The translations under genes and the position numbers were made by a program. The notes under the pieces are model-generated. The model did not search any database, was not told the origin of the DNA, and saw only the letters and a list, made by a program, of their open reading frames with translations. From Adineta vaga (lineage: Eukaryota > Animalia > Rotifera), in contig CP075495.1 in NCBI GenBank assembly GCA_021613535.1, forward strand, positions 14,136,001 to 14,200,000: a stretch of 64,000 nt of DNA. Direction: 5' to 3'. This document shows, piece by piece, positions 1 to 13,748 of the stretch. Numbering within the stretch: the stretch's first letter is position 1; every line of letters begins with the position of its first letter.

Positions 1-97
1 TTATATCGTCAATCGAAAACAAATAAACAAAAAGCATTTGAAACGTATATTATCTTCGAAAACAAAACTAAAATCATTCATCTATCCTTCATTTTAG

Positions 98-604
98 TGA
101 ACATACCAATCATTTTGCTGATAGTATTATTACTTATTTTGATACAGCTTTATCAACTATGTTATTATATGCAGTTGAAAGATCACAATATAAACAAGTA
201 AACTCTTTTTTTCTTCGTTTTTCAATGAAATATAAATATTGACGTTAGTTACAAGAGAGTTACGGACTTGGTGATAAAATACAACCATCGACTATGTATG
301 GTATTGTACATCTTTTACGTCTAATGAGTTAGTAGATACGAAGAAATATTTGAAATTGAAATTTAATGAATTGTTTTCTTAAAGGTCAATTAGGATCAAT
401 CTTAGCTTATTCACCACTCGAACAAACTGAAGTCGATTTTTTACTTCTTCATATCGATGATTTTAATCGGTAAGATTATTTCATATCTAATCAATAGAAT
501 TCTATTTGGAGTTATTATTTGTTTGTAGATTCTTGGAAAAAAATATCAAAACTTGGCTTAATGATGATCATTATACAAATAATTCAGTGAATAATACTGA
601 ATAA
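98..604 (+). CDS. MORF4L1: MRG-domain chromatin protein (MRG15/MORF4L1-like), last four exons; 5' part outside window
   Basis: Spliced translation EHTNHFADSIITYFDTALSTMLLYAVERSQYKQ/LQESYGLGDKIQPSTMYGIVHLLRLM/SQLGSILAYSPLEQTEVDFLLLHIDDFNR/FLEKNIKTWLNDDHY..* matches MRG domain motifs (YF..LLY..ER.QY; S.YG..HLLRL). TAA at 602-604. Confidence 0.85.
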
Positions 605-629
605 AAACAAAAGACAAAATATACATAAT

Positions 630-2380
630 TCTATAAGAATATTGACTTGTAATCCGTTTTCTATCAACGATCCTTTGCGTCTTTTTTTGTCTGCATATCG
701 TGTACAGTTTTGTTGATCCGATATATCGGAAAAAAACCCCATATAGATAAGTCTGAAGTTTATGTTTGTGAATGTCTATTGATGTGTATGTAAATGTACG
801 TATGTGTGTGTGTGTATGTATAAAAGAAAAAGATTTCAATTGTGTAATGAAACACAATATATCATACATAAGATGTTTTCAGCTGTATCTTTCAATTTAA
901 TTAACTAACTACAAAGATGAAAAATATTGATTGAAACTTGATAGTTAGTTACGAGAGGCATTTTTTAACCGCTTGTAAGATTGAGTAACTCTTGAATTTG
1001 TTTTTTATTACATTGGTTGATGAAAAAAAACAGAGAGAATACTCTATTTTCTCATGGAATGTCGTTTTAATTGAAAAATTACAGGATAAAAATAACCTCG
1101 TAGAACAATTATTTTTGTCATCATTATTGGCATTAGTTTAGATTTATCGTTGCGATAATTACAACCGTTTCTATCCGATAAATATTCTATCTGATAAGAA
1201 TGATATTATAAACGTCTGACATCGTATCGTATCGTATATTCGTATATCATTAAGAGTGCGACATTCATATCAAAATATAGTCGTAATTATAATTTGCATA
1301 CTGAAGTGTTTCGTCAAAGTTAAGAATGAATTCACAAACAATAGTTATATTTGACTACATCGTTTCATATCTATTTATTTTGAAATCAACAATATTTCTA
1401 ACCGATTTATTTCGATTGATTACATCATATAAATTGTCTATCGAGATGGTATAATCATTAACAATACGGATTCCTCAACTTTTCTATTTAAAATACGATT
1501 AATATGTATAACAGTCATGACGTCAGATTGATGGTGCCAATTAAATCATTCTAACATAACATATTCATGTATTTATAGAAAGTTCTATTTGTCAAATAAA
1601 TCCAGTACAACTAATAACAAACCAGAAAATTATTTATGATTGAATCATTGAGATTCTTCCTATACACATATCTTCATCTGATGCAAAGTGTCGACCGATC
1701 TTCATATGTAAAATATTGTAATGTAGAAAAACTGCGTGTAATTATATTCTCTCGTGCATTTTCATCACATAAAACTACACTTATTGTTTGAAGTAAACAA
1801 CGAGAAGACACATCACGTTCAATATATTTTGATTATATCAAACGTGTTTTAGCAGCAAATAGTGAACAGAGAATAATAACATGATGAAAAGAATTCAGTT
1901 GATCGGGTTTGTGCTCTTGAAAATATCAATGACGCCATTGACTATTGTTCATAAGGATATATTAGAATCTATTCATACAAATTGGTAACATGCAGCGATA
2001 ATGGTAGGAAAAATGCGTTCTATATCTTAGGAACTACTGTGGTCGATCGTCATACCAAAATAGTCTAAGTAAATGAACTGAATATTGTACGTAATTTGCA
2101 AAAAAACCACATTATTTCTCAAATCCAAATGAATGTAGCGGATGGTATGAACAGTTTTACCCTCTACAATAATACGACGTAAATGTGTTTTCTCTCGGTT
2201 CTTTCTTTTGTCTGTATGTTATATGCAAGTATTATTGATCCGACAAATCGGTTAGAATGTGTAGATAGATAGAGCTTAAGTTTATATCGTTGAATGTATA
2301 TGTAAATGTAAGTACGTCTGTGTACAAAAAAGATTTAGGTTGTATAATGAAACATAATATATGATATATGAGTTGTTTTC
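630..2380 (+). repeat. Diverged direct repeat: MRG 3'UTR segment (~630-885) copied at ~2160-2380
   Basis: Collinear shared blocks: ttttgtctg..ttgatccga..atcgg..atagata..aagtttat..tgtaaatgta..aaagattt..tgt.taatgaaaca.aatatat. Confidence 0.6.
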
Positions 2381-3561
2381 TTCTTTTTTTTCTGTTTCGT
2401 TCTCCTTTTTTTTACTTACACCAAGTTCAAATTGAGGTCATCAATGTAGTATACATGGAACTATCCCTGTTCCTTTTTTTTTCTTCGTCTTTACGTTCAC
2501 AATTCTATGATGGATGAACGAACAAAAAGAAAGAGAAGAAAAAAGGCGAGGAAGAAAATGGTCTGTATAGTAGCATTATTACTATTACTTTCACGAAGAG
2601 AAAATAGGAAAGTCTAATCGCTCACTAAAATCTTGATAGAATCATACTCTCTATTTCTCTTTGCTTCTTTCTGAGTTGTCATCTATAGTTTCTTTTTTTT
2701 CGCTCTCTTTCGAACACAAATCGATAACGTATCGAGAAAAGAAAAGGAAATAGCCAGAAGTGACATTATTCTCCTATGCAAATATTGATTGACGTAAGTT
2801 TTGTCTGTTTACTGAACAATACAATAACAAGTAAAACATATAGGCCATAATATCCAACAGACTTGCAGCCTAGAGTGATCTATGATCTGATGATTGCTTT
2901 ATTTGTCAGTGTAATAACAATATATGATGACTGACATGCATATTTACTATTTGATTCCCTATGGTGTAAAAAAAGAAAAGTATTCTTTCTCTCTCTCTCT
3001 CTCTGTTTTTATTGTCTTGTTAATCTTAGACGATTGATATTATGATTATTAGAGACGATCTGATTTTGGTATTTATCATATCGAATAAAAACATTTGTTT
3101 TGTTTTTTTGATGAATAAGACAGATGAGATTGTAAAACAGGTAAGACAATCAATAGACGGGCACGTTATATAATGCAACTATTTCATTTCTTTCTTTTTG
3201 CCATTTGTTATTTTATATTGCTACAAGTCAGAATCGAATGTCATTTACATTTATCTTATGTCTTTCTCGACGCATCTATTCATATAAACATATCGAAAAT
3301 AGCTATTCACTCGGTCGTCTTAATATGATATATAAATATATATATATATATATAAGATCGTTGTAGTTTTAGTCGTCGCTTCTATCACCTCGTCGTCTGT
3401 GACTATTTAACTTCTTTTTTCTTTTTATTTTGCGTTCTCTCTTTTTCGCTTCATTTCTTGTCTGACTGCGCTCTCAAAGAAAAATATAAAAGTCATCATT
3501 TACTTTTACTTTTCATTCTTTTTTAGACGTTTGAATTTTATTTATATTAAAAAAAACCAAG

Positions 3562-5218
3562 ATGAATCACTGTGTTCGATTAGTATTATTATTTACTCCA
3601 TCGTTAGCTGCTCTTGGTTTACTAGGAATAGCATTCGCTACGAACTGGTGGACAATTGCTTTAGAACGAGTAAATATTTCGTTGAAAATTTACATTGAAA
3701 TTTTCTAAATCAATCTTTATTTTAGAATATTCCTAAAGATAATTCGTTTAATTCTTCAAATGATGAACGAATTCAATCAATCTTAATTCGTGTTCCATAT
3801 TCACGCAGTCTATTTTCGGAATGTGTTGCCTATCGAAATGTAAAAGTACTCGTTTCCAATACATTTGACTTTCGACCAAGTTTTACTTCGGATGAATTAT
3901 TCAAATTAGAAAATGAAAATTGTACAACTGAACAAGTTCAATGTAAAGAAGGTGTTGCTATTGCACGTCCATTAACACGTTGTATCGATAAACAACGTAA
4001 ATGTAATCGTATCGTTGATTGTGAAGATAAAAGCGATGAAACTAATTGTTCTGATACAACTGGTATACATGATCAAGAATTTTTTCATTGTCCAACGAAT
4101 TATATGAAATGTCAAGATAAGAAATCATGTTATCGACCTAGCGAACAAACATGTGGTAAGAAGATAATACAATAAGAGGAAAAATAAATTGAATCATTTC
4201 TTATGCACGAGTTTGTTTTTAGATGGTGTTTCGAATTGTATTGATGATTCAGATGAAATGAATTGTAATGCAGAAAAATGTCAACAAAATAAACATGCTT
4301 ATTGTCCTCGAGATGGTAAATGTGCTCGGCGAGATCATTCAAAACGGTATAATTCAATTCGAATATGGTTATGATGAAATATTCATTTTCTTTTGAAGAT
4401 GTGATGGTATTGTTGATTGTGCTGATCATTCAGATGAAGATGACTGTCAACGATGTAATGGAGATTCATCAATGATTTCATGTGACTCAAAATGTAAGAA
4501 TAACGAAGAAGAAAAGATTCGGCAATAATTATATGGGGTATTTTTAGGTTTTCCTAGTGAATATATGTGCGATGGAATTGTTCATTGTTCAAATTTTCAA
4601 GATGAAATTAATTGTGATGCTTACCCAACAACATCAGAGCGACATAAGAAATTTTCATATAATGGTCAAACCTGTATGGAACAACGTTTTAATCCATTAC
4701 GTTTTCATCCGTTCACAATTGATAAATCGACATTAAAATCCTATAAACATCCAGAACAACGTATTGATTATTTAAATTTGATCTTTTATTCACGATTAAT
4801 CATTTTCTATGGTATTGTCGGTGGATTAATATTTCTTTTATTTGCCGTTCTATCATTATTTTTCTTTGGCTGTTGTCGCCGACATTGTGTTAGTGTACCA
4901 TTTTATTTTTATGGCCTATGGATGTTATTAGCATGGCTATTGATAATGATTGCATTGGGTACGTTTGTTTACATGTGGTTTTGGCAAAAACAAACAGTTT
5001 TAGATGAAGGAAAAAGTTTATTAAATGAAATTATGATTCATGAAAGAAATCCAACTTTACGACGTGTCGAATTTTTTGGTTTAAGCTTTTGGTTAGCATG
5101 TGGAGCGGCATTATCGACACTTATTGGTTTATTATTATCATATTGTGTTTGTTGTACACTTGGTTCATCTCGTGCAGATGATAAAGAATATGAAATCATG
5201 CATATGCATGCATATTAA
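3562..5218 (+). CDS. Claudin/PMP22-family four-TM protein with four LDL-receptor class A repeats in extracellular loop 1
   Basis: Five exons. TM1 LVLLFTPSLAALGLLGIAFATNWW; claudin-like RSLFSEC; four LDLa modules ending CNRIVDCEDKSDETNC, CDGVSNCIDDSDEMNC, CDGIVDCADHSDEDDC, CDGIVHCSNFQDEINC; TM2-TM4 with FGLSFWLACGAA (claudin GWSFWLA motif). Confidence 0.8.
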
Positions 5219-6644
5219 TAAGGAAAAAAAATAATATCTGTCTAGTTGGTAATGTTGTTCTTTTATCTGTTATGTAGAATTTGTCATTGCCTAATGAAGC
5301 TCAATCTCACCACGTATCTGTTTCTCTTCTTTTCTTTTCTTTTCTTTTTTAAATTCTAGTCAAATATGTTTGCGTGTGTGTGTGGTCTTTTATCCGTTTA
5401 AAATTATTGTATTCTATGTATAGATATATTATGCCGATTTGATTAATGAGTAGGGATTACACAAAAAAAATGAATTTTTACTGTCTTATTATTAAAAATA
5501 TATATAAAATAAATTTCGCTTCTTCGTAATAGAAATAATATTTTTATATTTGTGAAAAACTGAACGATAGTAAAGAAGAAATATCTTTGTTTACTTCTCG
5601 TGTTGATTAGACACTTTGAAATTACTTCAAAATAAGATCGTGTTCAAAAACAATTTTCACAAAGTTCACTATGTTCAGGGCGTTTTAGATATTGAAAAAA
5701 ATGATTTTGTTATTCTACTTCAAAGATCATAATATCAATATTTGAACAATGTCTTTCAAATCAAATATTCATCTTTTGATAGAACGAGAAAAAACTGACC
5801 TTTTCTAGTTCATTGCATTTCTCCTAAAAGTACATTTACATGAGTTTTCTTTCTTTCAGTACAAAATCCAATTGAAAAACTAATTCGTCTGTTGTTATTA
5901 TTCGAGCGAATTGAATGACATAATTATTATTTGCACTACCATATTTTTTCTGTCGAATAAATATTTGTTAAAAAAGAATAAGACTCATCTAATTCAATGT
6001 TAATGATGAGTTCTCAAAAGTACGTAAGCGAGACCAGATACTTGAGATAAGTACAAATGAACTTTTAATCAAACAAAATCTTACCTAGAAAGTAATTAAG
6101 TAAATACATTGAGTTGTATTTTGAACACTTGAATTTATATTGAAAAAAATTTCTCTTTAATAAATAGTTTACCGTTAGTAAATAGATTTTCAAATCAAAA
6201 TTAATTATCGTTAACGAATGCATATTGACCTCGGATATATTTTCAAAAGGAAGTTCATACAATTGAAGTCACCTGAGAATTTTTAACGAGCAAGTATCTA
6301 GATAATTTCTCTTTCATCAGTTAATTTTCAATAGTAGAGAAAAAAAGCCCTATTTTCTTCCATTTCTATCCTTAACGACTTCATTCGTCTAGACAGATTA
6401 GTAATCTAATATTCGATTCAAACTGAAGTATTTTTTCTGAAAAATAACATATATATATATTTGATTGATAAGATAAATATATTCCACACATATTCATTTG
6501 TCTCTCTGCGACATATAGAAAGAGGAGAAAAAAAAGAATCACAAAAATAAGAAAGTTTATACAAGAAAATTTCTTGTCCAATTCAATTTCAATGAAAGAC
6601 ACAAATGCCTGCATGATGAGAAAGTGTTTGTCTGTTTCTTTTTA

Positions 6645-9087
6645 TTATAGAATTGTACAGACTTTGGTCGAATGATGTTGAACATCGCTATTGGTTGCTC
6701 GATGTTGTTGAGGTTGTGGTCTATTTAAATTTCGTTTTGTTTTAACCGTTGTTCCTCCATATGAAACACTTATGGGTTTTCCAAAGGAATTCTTTCGTCC
6801 ACCGGGTTCAGCACTAACCGACATTGAACGACCCCATGATGTTGATAAATCTTCATTGACTGCTTTATCATATAAATCATCACGTTCAATTGGATTTGAT
6901 TGTTTTTGTAAACGATGTAAAATAATTCGATATGTTCCATTGATACTATCACGATTGGAAAGAACTTTATTATTGGAATTTTTAGTTGTTTTTTGTAATA
7001 GTTCACTTGTTATACCTAAATCTTCTAATTTTGAATGAGCTTCATTTTCAAATGATGATGTTCTTGGTAAACAATCATTACTATCATTTTTAGTTAAATC
7101 TTTATTTACAGATGTCCAATAATTCGTTAAATTTAATGGTAATGGTTCAAGTTCTTCGGGAAAATTTTGATTACTAAGCCATGGACATGAACGCATCTGT
7201 TCAATCGACCAGCGTTGAACAGCTTCAGGATGAAGAAGGCCACCTAAACATAATAGAAAAAAAGAATATAAAAATACTGTCATTTATGAAATTAATTCTT
7301 TAATATAACAAAGATGCAGATGTATTTTATTCTATTAATCATTTGTTGACAAACATTTTATCTAAGACAAAGAATAATCGAGGTAAATCTTCCTTCCGGT
7401 AGGTAAGCTATTTTTAGTAGTAATTATAAACATCATTTTATTGACAGATGACAATTCCGGCGAAAGAATAAGTTTATAAAAAATTCTATTTATATAGTAT
7501 ATCAATGTTTACCAATAAATATTTGATTTAATCGGTCTAATATAGATATGACTTTTTTCCTTTCTTTTGAACGATCGTCTTCAGAATTAAAAAACCTACT
7601 TGAGACGACGACTCTTCTACTAAATAAGATAATCGTTTTCCTTTATAGCTTTTTTAGAATTCTTACGAATTAGTTGTTGACATTCATCGGATACATGAGG
7701 AGGAATTGAATAATGTCCATCTATAATAGATTTTTTTAATTTTCCAACATTTTCCGCTCGAAATGGCATTAAACCGGTAACCATAAAATATAACAAAATA
7801 CCCATGGCCCAAAAATCGACATAGATTCCAATATAATTTTCATCACGAAATAATTCTGGCGCAGCATAAGGTGGACTACCACAGAATGTTGTTAATGTTT
7901 GATTTTTTTCTGAATATGTACTAAAACCGAAATCACCTAATTTGATCAAACGTTCTTTAGCAAAAAAGACATTTTCACTTTTAATATCACGATGAATAAT
8001 ACCTTGACTATGCTAAATATTCAATAATATATTCATCGTTTTTTCTCTTATGCTTATTTCAAAAGTCGTCTTACCATATGATCAATAGCTGCAGTCATTT
8101 GAGCAAAGATAGACTTTGCTTCATCCTCAGAAAATTTTCCAGCTTTAGATATTCGTGTATAAAGTTCACCACCTGGTGCATATTCTGTAACAATATAAAT
8201 TTCTGTTGGCGTTTCAATGACTTCATATAGACGAATAATATTTGGATGATGTAAACGTTCCATCGAAGTTATTTCACGTAAAAGTAAACGTTGAGTACGT
8301 TCATCAAGTTTAGTTTTATCAAGAATTTTTATTGCAACTTTTTCTATTGAAAGAAAAAACTTATGAATAGTAGTTTTTCTTTCAAAAGAATTGCTTTTGC
8401 TAACAAATAGAATCGATTTAAAATCAATACATATGACATACTGATAAGCATAACTCATATAAATCATGTGTTAAACAATTATGAACAAAAAAGAAGAAGA
8501 AAGATGCATTGAAACGAATAATGTATTATGATGAATGAACTCATTTGGATGAATATCTACTCGTTTGATAAAATTGTTCTCATGGCTATCAACACAATTA
8601 TTTCTTCATGAACAATCAAAAAAAAGTCAGATGTCTCTTTCATCGACAGTAAGGTCATATTAAGAATATAACGGAATTTACCTTTAGCAAGTAAATGCAC
8701 ACCTAATTTGACACGAGAAAAATTGCCTAAACCAATATCACCTCGAATGCGATAAAACCCAATTCGTCGACCAGCTTTTTCTTCAGCTTTAAATCGCATA
8801 TCATGTTGTGAATCGTACAGAAGTTTTTCATAAGCTGTTAAACGCTTTTTTTCATCTTTAGCAAATGCAACTGTAACAGCAGCTGCTGATGGCATACTAC
8901 TTGATGAAGAGAATTCATCATTCATAATAACATTAGTTCGACTAGATTTATGATTTTGAGCTGGAACAGACACCGAATTTACATGATGACGCGTTTGACT
9001 CAATGATGTTCGACGTGATGAATTATTTGTTTCAACAATTGAATTCGATCGCATAGGTGTTGTGGTTCTATTTTCTGCCGTGTTCAT
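6645..9087 (-). CDS. NIM1K: AMPK-related Ser/Thr kinase NIM1
   Basis: LTAYEKL..GRRIGFYRIRGDIGLGNFSRVKLG, KVAIKILDKTKLDERTQRLL.REI, HRDIKSEN, DFGFS, TFCGSPPYAAPELF across multiple exons. Confidence 0.9.
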
Positions 9088-10578
9088 TTGGGAGAAAATG
9101 ATTAAATAAATTTTCTATAATTTACATCTAAGAAGGAAAAAGAAACTAATAAATTTGTCACGACAAATGAATAAACTGTTGACAGACATGATAAAATAGG
9201 GTAGAAAGGGAGAGAGAGAGAGACAGAAAACCTCAGTTGTCATCTCAATGCGTGCCAGAATTTCGAAGAAAATGTTAATAAACAAGTATACATTATCAAC
9301 TATCTGTTATGAAACAAGAAGAAAAACCTTCCTAGAAAATAAAGATAATAAGAAACTAATTTGATCTCAACTAAACGAGATGAGAGATTTTCTCAAGCTG
9401 TCAATCTTCGAATAGCTCAGTAAAGAGAAGAAAATCTGTAGATTCGAAGAGAATGAAAAGAAAATTTAATGAGGAATGTGTTTTGAGTATGCTGAAAGAA
9501 CTTTGAAACGAGGGGATTTTATCAAGTCTCCTTTTTTTTCTCTTCACTCTTTCTTTCCTTCTATGCTCAAGATATTATCTCGTTTTGATTCTCTAGTCGA
9601 GACATCTGCTTCGCATTGAAAAAGTCAGATTAACAATTCTTCATCCTTACATCTATTCTATAGCAAGGAGGAGGAAGAGAGAGAGAGAGAAAGAAAGAAA
9701 GAGCAAGAAAAAAAAGTCGAATAATACTTGAAGAATAGTAAAAAACAAAAACATAAAGAAAAGATTTTATGATTGTCATTCATTCGATCGAATAGTTAAT
9801 TGAAAATGTTTTGAAAAGGAAACACTATCAATAGAACGAACGAATACACTTCAATATGCTTGACTGATTAGAATGATGTAAACATCTATCGACATTGAAA
9901 ATGATATATAAACATAGAAAATAAGATCTTAACTATTGTATGTACTTGAAAAGAAGAAGCGTAATTTAAAAGATAACAGTCTTTGATTCTATTTTTTGTA
10001 TCAAATGCGAAATATCGAGGAGAAGAAGAACTTTCCTTCGTATTTCTTAGCTTATTTTCTCTTTCTTTAAGCGTATTTGTAATAAACAACGTATTATACT
10101 TTATCTATGCAAGCAAATTATCATCCACATTGACGGGAAAACAGAGGAAAAAAGTGCCAGTTGAGGAAGTTACTCCTACATTTTTCTCCTTCCTGTTAAA
10201 TTCTTCATTCTACCATGAATGGAATCTTTCCTGATTATTACTTGGTAACTAACATTTTGTCAAAGTGCATAAATGCATTGAAATCTTCGATGCACCTTGT
10301 TAAAGATTGATTTTAAAATTATCTAAGCGAAACATTTGATTTTTAATTTTATTTTATTTCATAAATAACATAAAAGAAACTTTTTTTATAGAAATGTTGA
10401 ATTGAGAGAATCAACTACGAATGATGAATCACGGAACGATTGAATTATTGTTTATTATTTATTTTCTATATTCTCTTGCGAATGCGAATAAACACAATTT
10501 TTAGTTGTAGAGAATTTCAAATTCGATCACGATAAAGAAATTATTTATCTTTAAATTTGTAGATCAGTATATTCGACA

Positions 10579-11141
10579 ATGAAACGTAATCGATTTGTCT
10601 CATCATCCCGACGAAAAGCCCGTAAACGTTACTTTACAGCTCCATCACATATTCGTCGTCGTTTCATGAGTGCACCATTAAATAAAGAATTACGACGACG
10701 ATATAATGTTCGTAGTTTACCTATTCGTAAAGATGATGAAGTGGCGGTTAGTATTTTCATAGCAAAATCTTTGTTATTATAAAAACTATCTATCTAGATT
10801 ACACGTGGTCATTTCAAAGGTCAACCATCAGGTAAAATAACTCAAGTTTATCGTAAGAAATTCGTCGTTCATATTGAACGAATTACACGTGAAAAAGCCA
10901 ATGGTAGTACTGTTCATATTGGTATTCATCCATCAAAGGTAAAAGAAATTTATTTGTTTCTTCTTCTTCTTCTTCTAATCTTATATTGATATCTATTTAG
11001 GTTCAAATAACCAAATTGAAATTAGATCGTGATCGTAAACGTATTTTGGATCGTCGTTCGAAATCAAAATTGGCTACCAAAGGCAAACATACCGAAGAAA
11101 GCATTCAACAAACAACAACATCAATGGAAACATCATCTTAA
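10579..11141 (+). CDS. RPL26: 60S ribosomal protein L26 (uL24)
   Basis: [83 protein letters not shown]; three exons. Confidence 0.97.
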
Positions 11142-11841
11142 ACAAAGGAAAATATTCGAATGCTTTTCTAGTTGTTTGTTTTTTCTTTTGTTTTGTATTT
11201 GTGTGTGCGAGTGAATAACAACGGGACAAATAGCACAACAAAAAAAAGAGAAAAGAAGAAAAAGTTAATTATTAATAAAAAAAACCATCAACAAAAATAA
11301 ATCCATTTTTTTTCAGTTAATTTATGCAAATCCTATCGGAAAGGATTTGATAACCTTTTTAGTTTACTATCGGAATGTTGGGAAATATAGAAAAGGGAGG
11401 TGGTCATTAAGAAGAAAAAATTCGTTATAAGTGTATATTTTATTTTGTAAAATTAATGATACATCAAATAGCTTACAGCATTCTTTAAGTGATATTATAA
11501 CTGAATGAAAACAATTAATGAGATGATAGGATCTTTTTTGATTTTTGGCAAAATTTCTTGATATGCATGAATAAATTAGTTACTTTTCGAAAGAACATTC
11601 ATTTCGTATTCATTTTATTTGAAGAATTCTTTCTATATAACATCTTCTTTTTGTTGTTGTTCATACTGCCCTCTATTGTTAGCTCATTTCTCTATTGGCT
11701 TTACATAACTTCGAAGGATTTGAATAAACAAAAGCAAAAAACAAGAACAACAAATGAATTCTTCGTCTCATTTTTCTATTCTTCTACCTGATATAAAACA
11801 CGAAAAAATATCATTTTTTATTGTTATATTCTTAGATCATC

Positions 11842-13519
11842 ATGATGTTTTTTGTCTTATCCATTATCATTCCTTTTCTCACCCTAAATTCAGTACTTTC
11901 CTCTCCAGTTCTTCTCTGGAGTAATGCGTAAGTTTTGTTTCTTCACAATTTGTTCTCGAAATTCAATTCTAATTGATTTCATTTAGTGCTCTTCCTCGAT
12001 CAACTGTTTCTTTTTCAACTATTCCTTCAATTGATATGATTTCCAATTCTATTTGTCAACTTTCCAATGAACAAATTCAAGTTCGTTTATTTGCAGTTAA
12101 TGATGTAAGTCAAACAAAGAGATAAGAAGAATAAAAACGAAAAAGATAACATTCTCTCTTCTTTTCTATTAAGTTAACTCATGCAGAGATTCAACGAGGT
12201 TCACAAAGTCAACATCCAGTTTTACTCAATGCAAAAGTAATGTCAATCGAATTAATCATTGCCATAGATTGATAATTGTTCGTTTATTCTTTTTTTTTAA
12301 AGAAAACATCAAGTCAATATCGATATTTTCCAAATGTAGCTGATGATGTCTATAAAACATTTACATTAATTCCTCAATCGAATAATATGAAATGTGCACA
12401 TATTCATTTTCAAGATGTACCATCGACAACATATGAAACATTACATGATGGTTTGTTGAAGCAAATAACAGAAAACAAGAATTTTTGTTTTGTCTTGATT
12501 ATTTGTAGCATTGAATGCAATACAAGCATCTATTGATACAATTGGAACAAATTCTAAAGATACTATTGTTTTAGCATTGACTAGTATTCCAGTTACTGCT
12601 CATCAAAGTTCGGTAAGAATGATAGATGGAGAGAAAAAAGATATGATCGAAATTGTGATTTTGATACTTTTTATTCAAAGGTTCGTGTCCGACGAGATCT
12701 TGATGTTAACGAAGATGATGTTCTTATTTCCGAAAATAGTACCTGTATGTTCTATGTTGATAAATTATATTGGGGAGATGCATATGCTGATGATTCTTCG
12801 GCTGGAAATTTTACACTTGACTTAGATAGTAGTTCATGTTCAACAAATGAAAATGGAACTTCTACTGTGTAAGTTTGTTGCTATAAAGATCATTAAAATC
12901 TATTCAATATGAACTTTTCTATTCCAGTCTTGAATTACATTGGAATAATGGAACTAGTGATACAGTTAAAATGATGTATATATATTTCATTTTAATAGAT
13001 TCTAAGAAAAGTTTTTTTTTTGTGTATTTTTCATTTAGTTTAATTGCTAATCTTACTGGTCGTTTTTGGTATTTGGAAACGGCAATTATTAATGATACGG
13101 AATATCGTTATTTTGCCTATGGTATGCATAGTCGAATGGATACACCAGCTACATATTCGTATGTATGTACAACAGCTGTTTTTGTTAAATATGATCCCAA
13201 TACGAAATATGGCACATATGATTTTCGTGATAAATTTTATTTAACAAATTTACAAGTAAATAAAAATAAGTAATTAATAATTTGATCTTTTCTTTCTTTT
13301 ATTTTAAAGTTTCAACCATTTAATGCAAATGGTACATTTTTTGGTCCACCCAATTATTGTACTTCATTCTTTACCAGTGGTATTTGGATGGGTATTACAT
13401 CAAGTTTACTTTGTTTAGGAATTCTTTTATTCGGTATTTATCGTATGATGAGTATTAAATCAAATGATCAATACGATGACCCTAAAGGCAAACCATTAAT
13501 AATCAAAGCCCAAGAATAA
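11842..13519 (+). CDS. ATP6AP1: V-ATPase accessory subunit S1 (Ac45/VOA1 family)
   Basis: Signal peptide followed by PVLLWS; furin site RVRR (~12683-12695); C-terminus LQ/FQPF..NYCTSFFTSGIWMGITSSLL..MMSIKSNDQYDDPKGKPL. Confidence 0.88.
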
Positions 13520-13748
13520 ACATTTTATCTTTTCCTTTTCGTCTTTTATTTATTGTGCAATAGATATTAATTAAATCCTTTATTTTATTTTTCTTCATTG
13601 TTGTCTTGTGATAATTATTGTACGACGAACAATCGATGTTTTGTTTTCTTTGTTTGTTCCCTTTGCAATATTTTCAAAAATAATAATCAGAATAATATTT
13701 ATATGTTCGTGACAAATTCATTTTAGATTTCGAGAAAAGAAAAGAACA

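Noticed and set aside
558-869. 103 aa minus-strand ORF and similar F/I/L/Y-rich ORFs in the track (e.g. 9983, 11558, 15281, 32355, 53417)
   Set aside because: Antisense or AT-rich intergenic artefacts overlapping UTRs or real genes, with no motifs.
2985-3355. (CT)n and (TA)n microsatellites, also at ~9210, ~9677, ~37986 and ~39453
   Set aside because: Short, ordinary simple repeats.
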